Assembly: GCA_047495785.1 (NCBI GenBank)
Contig: JBLDXI010000029.1
Span: forward strand, 1,364,001-1,428,000
Length of the DNA stretch: 64,000 nucleotides
DNA from: Lepidodermella squamata
Lineage: Eukaryota; Animalia; Gastrotricha
Direction: 5' to 3'
A program made the position numbers and the translations under genes. Of the stretch, positions 60,823 through 64,000 are shown one piece after another. Under the pieces are notes generated by a model that was not told where the DNA came from, did not search any database, and was given only the letters and a program-made list of their open reading frames with translations. Position 1 is the stretch's first letter; each line of letters opens with the position of its first letter.

Positions 60823-61260
60823 ATTTTTATATCCGCCCTAAATCTCGGATATAATAATGTAACATATTTGCGCGTACCATTTCTCAATTTAAAAATCGTT
60901 TTATTTTGAAATGAAAATCAGCCACCAATGGAATCCGTTTAAAAGTCAGTAGAGAGAAAAAGCGAAGTCGAAATAGCAAAGAAAAATCAATTAAAAAGAA
61001 ATAGCCATCCAAGTGTTAATCGAAGCCATAGAAGCCACGGATTTCACTCGATCAACTTGGCTGTCGGTGAGAGTCTTGGGAACCTCACTGACATAGCTAT
61101 ACCTGGAAACATAGGAAAGCGACATTCTGAAAAGAAACAAGGTTAAGTTCAAGTGTGAGAATGCGTAAGTTTGGCGCGAAACTAAATTTATTCAATCAAA
61201 GCTGACTATTTTTATTTAAGATTAGCGTTTTAAACGCTACAAAAGATTGTTTTCCACATT

Positions 61261-63525
61261 TTACGAGAAGCCAGCTTCAGAACTATCCACTTTTCTGTTC
61301 GAATTTGACCGAATGTGAATAACGATGTTTGCCGCAATGATAATAACCATTATCAAGGATAATATGATGTTGTAGCTGAAGTTGGGCGCCAAAACGTATC
61401 CAATAAGGACAGCAGCAATGAAAAGAGAGGAGGTTAACAAACCGGACAGTTTCGCAGCTTTCATCTCTGGGTACTTAGCTGCAAACCGCTGATTTGCTCG
61501 CATTTTTAGGATGCAAACGATTATCAGCGCTATAACAAGCGAATGCATTGTTATCAGAGCTCCAAGCCATTTGCCTATCCATTTCGATGAACATATTGTA
61601 ACCTCTTCATAAACGTAGGTATCCAACTCAGCGACGTAATGCCCTGGTAATTTCAGAGATGTGTGGCAATAAACGGGGTCCATGATTAGCCACAGTAGGG
61701 CGACTAAGAAATTCGCCAAGGCGAAAACAGACGTAGTCAAAATATCCAATTTGATTTTGACTTTAAACGGCACGTGAAAGGTTCTCGAAGCTGAGGAACT
61801 ATAACTACTTGTACTTGGTGGAAACGTTCCCCGGATTTTCGAGCTTAAACTATTTAAGAATACGTTCATTTGCGCTAATCTTGATAGGGTACCCCCTGAT
61901 AGAAATGAAACCCCAATCGCCGTAGAAATGAATGTCAGAGAGCAGGCCGAGTTTGTTCGCATTCTAGCTTCAGTCGAGATTAAACAGGCTGATAAAGCCA
62001 GAAATATGCAACTTGAGAACTGATTGAAATGACTCCATTTGATATAGATTCGCCTCTTTCTCAGGATAATCATGACCTTTATGTGGAGAAGAATTTCGAA
62101 ACCTGAAATAACAGCGATAATGATAAACCAGGCCAGCGGGACCTGGCGCGTTGTCAAGCTTGTGCTTGGTGAGTCTTTTGGCATGTCTCCAGGAGTCAGT
62201 GCATTCAACTCGATAAAACTGAAAGATCTCGGATCTGTTACATTGGTAGCATTTTCTTGGAGGGATGAGCGATATCTAACCACCAACCCTTTACCTCGAT
62301 GCCAATTCATTATCACCTGAGGCTCGTAATCCCACTCTAACCGCTTCGAGTAGCGAAAACTTCCGTATCTCAGTCCTCTGAAGTTGACCAGACTTGCTGA
62401 TAGATTCGCTATTTTCATGACAAGTTCCGGGTTTTTGGCATAGTCGCGAAGGGTCAAGTTCATGCGCTTCAGCTGCCGTTCAGTTTCGTTAAGGACGACA
62501 ATGCTCTGGAGAGCAGCGTCGTAGCAAGCGTGTCGAAAAACATCCCCATCCCGCGGGGCGACTCCAGTTCGTTGGAGCATCATCTCATCGAAAGATACCA
62601 AACTATTTCCGAGTTCATCAACGCCAGAAGAAGTCGTTGGATTAGCAGCTCCAATTAACAATAGCGACCGGAGTTGCTCAAGGTAGACACTTTGGTTACA
62701 TCCTGGCGGATACAACTGGTTAGTAACAGGGTCTATAAAGATTATCGGTGAGATTAGGAACATGTACCTCGGCCCACTAAGTCCGTTTCTATGGGCCATG
62801 CAAAGAAAAGCAAGAGTTTGCCTGCCATCAGAGCTTTCAAGGGCGAATATCCGAATATCATCCCGTTTAAAGGATAACATCATCTCATCAGAAATATCAA
62901 TGAACGCTTCAAATCGTTGCACCCTAAGTCCGGCGGCTACTGCAATGTCGTAGAAGAGTATACCGTTTTCGACTGCAAAACTGTTAGCTAAAGCCACGAC
63001 TATGGCCAGTTTCCGCCAAGGAGTGAGTCTCTTGATGAAATGAAGGCGAACAACTAGGCCGAGCTCTGTTGAACCTCGAACACGATACATATTCGGGTAA
63101 ATGTTTCGTTTAGCTGTCTGAGCTGGGGATGTGCAAGACCCTGCGATCATCACCATGTTCAAATGATGAGCGATCGATCCCCAAGCCTTGCAACCGGGTG
63201 TTGCAATGGCACCAACCGTAACCGGGGCAATGAAGCTGCGGTTCCGTCCTGAATAAGGTAGATTTTCCCGCACAATATTCACCCCAGCTGCGGCTGCGCT
63301 GGCGGATTGAAGATCCTCGTCTCGTATGTCGAACTCGACTTGGTATCCAGGGAGTAGATTTTGTGAGTTTGCCATTTCTCCGACATATTTGACTGCCAGG
63401 CGGCACCTTTCGAAACTCGGTGGATATTGCGCCAAAATTACCAACCGGTCAGGAATCGCAGTGGCGGTGAATTCGAAAACAGTTAGTAACAACACGCACA
63501 ACAGCAGAGTCTGCAAAGCCAGCAT
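61261..63525 (-). CDS. Class C GPCR, GABA-B-receptor-like, intronless, copy 2
   Basis: Signal peptide, LLPGY, GCKAWGSIAHHL (copy 1: GCKAWAGVAHHL), YPNMYR, HACYDA, PKDSPS, 7 hydrophobic segments, WLIMDP and CSSKW. Confidence 0.88.
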   Translation of the reverse strand: MLALQTLLLCVLLLTVFEFTATAIPDRLVILAQYPPSFERCRLAVKYVGEMANSQNLLPGYQVEFDIRDEDLQSASAAAAGVNIVRENLPYSGRNRSFIAPVTVGAIATPGCKAWGSIAHHLNMVMIAGSCTSPAQTAKRNIYPNMYRVRGSTELGLVVRLHFIKRLTPWRKLAIVVALANSFAVENGILFYDIAVAAGLRVQRFEAFIDISDEMMLSFKRDDIRIFALESSDGRQTLAFLCMAHRNGLSGPRYMFLISPIIFIDPVTNQLYPPGCNQSVYLEQLRSLLLIGAANPTTSSGVDELGNSLVSFDEMMLQRTGVAPRDGDVFRHACYDAALQSIVVLNETERQLKRMNLTLRDYAKNPELVMKIANLSASLVNFRGLRYGSFRYSKRLEWDYEPQVIMNWHRGKGLVVRYRSSLQENATNVTDPRSFSFIELNALTPGDMPKDSPSTSLTTRQVPLAWFIIIAVISGFEILLHIKVMIILRKRRIYIKWSHFNQFSSCIFLALSACLISTEARMRTNSACSLTFISTAIGVSFLSGGTLSRLAQMNVFLNSLSSKIRGTFPPSTSSYSSSASRTFHVPFKVKIKLDILTTSVFALANFLVALLWLIMDPVYCHTSLKLPGHYVAELDTYVYEEVTICSSKWIGKWLGALITMHSLVIALIIVCILKMRANQRFAAKYPEMKAAKLSGLLTSSLFIAAVLIGYVLAPNFSYNIILSLIMVIIIAANIVIHIRSNSNRKVDSSEAGFS

Positions 63526-63809
63526 ATTCGCTCTCGTTTTGAGGAGTTGAAGAGTTGAAGAAGCTGCACTGAATTCGTTAGCTCTACAATTTTTCGTGCT
63601 CGAAGCTCCTATTCGAGGCTAATTCTCAATTTGACAAAGCGTGGTTTATGTGTCGGGCGGAATGCTCACGGGCTTAATTTTTCATAAGAAAAGCACGACC
63701 TTATGTAGTTAATTGGCTGAAAAAATGTGTTGGAAATCGAGCAACGCCACTAGTTCTGATTATCCAAGAAATTCAGCAGAGTTTTCTTTTGAACTCAGGC
63801 GGGCAACTA

Positions 63810-64000
63810 CACTGTAAAAAATAGGGGGGTGATTACCCCGAATTTACTCCATTCAATTGTATGGCGCTTGGGGGGTAAAATGCACACGGGGTGCATTGAA
63901 ATTACTCCTCAGAGTTTTTTTCGTAAGGATTATTTACCACAGAGAGGGTAATTATCTTCCAGCATGTCTTTCATTGCTGAGGGGTAATTACCCTGAAATT
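63810..64000. mobile_element. Probable left end of a CACTA-like non-autonomous DNA element
   Basis: Begins CACTGTAAAAAA, followed by dispersed direct and inverted GGGGTAA/TTACCCC subterminal motifs; the other end is outside the window. Confidence 0.4.

Overview
Gene-dense genomic DNA from an invertebrate animal; I cannot fix the taxon. It has GT-AG introns, mostly 45-60 nt, with longer A/T-tract-rich introns in the first ~16 kb. Left to right it holds: an intronless J-domain/poly-CxxC gene running off the window edge (absent from the ORF track), two ferritins (one with a degenerate ferroxidase centre), two paralogous secreted propeptides, two NPC2/ML genes, a TTAA-flanked foldback MITE, two N-myristoylation-type globins, a closely spaced GCKR-like + NAGK-like pair, a divergent syntaxin, PLOD plus two P4HA-like copies (one disrupted), two intronless GABA-B-like class C GPCRs, two orphan helical paralogs, a secreted GH110-like beta-helix protein (possible horizontal transfer) and a minimal hammerhead ribozyme. 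The main discovery is an array of 14 small secreted-peptide genes (14.8-44.2 kb). They share a signal peptide, a phase-1 intron (13 of 14) and a C-terminal core, R[LM]xxC-x9-C-x5-F[YF]xWA[RQ]xxA[KR]xIM, that I cannot assign to any known family. All gene models were spliced by hand and are not transcript-validated.
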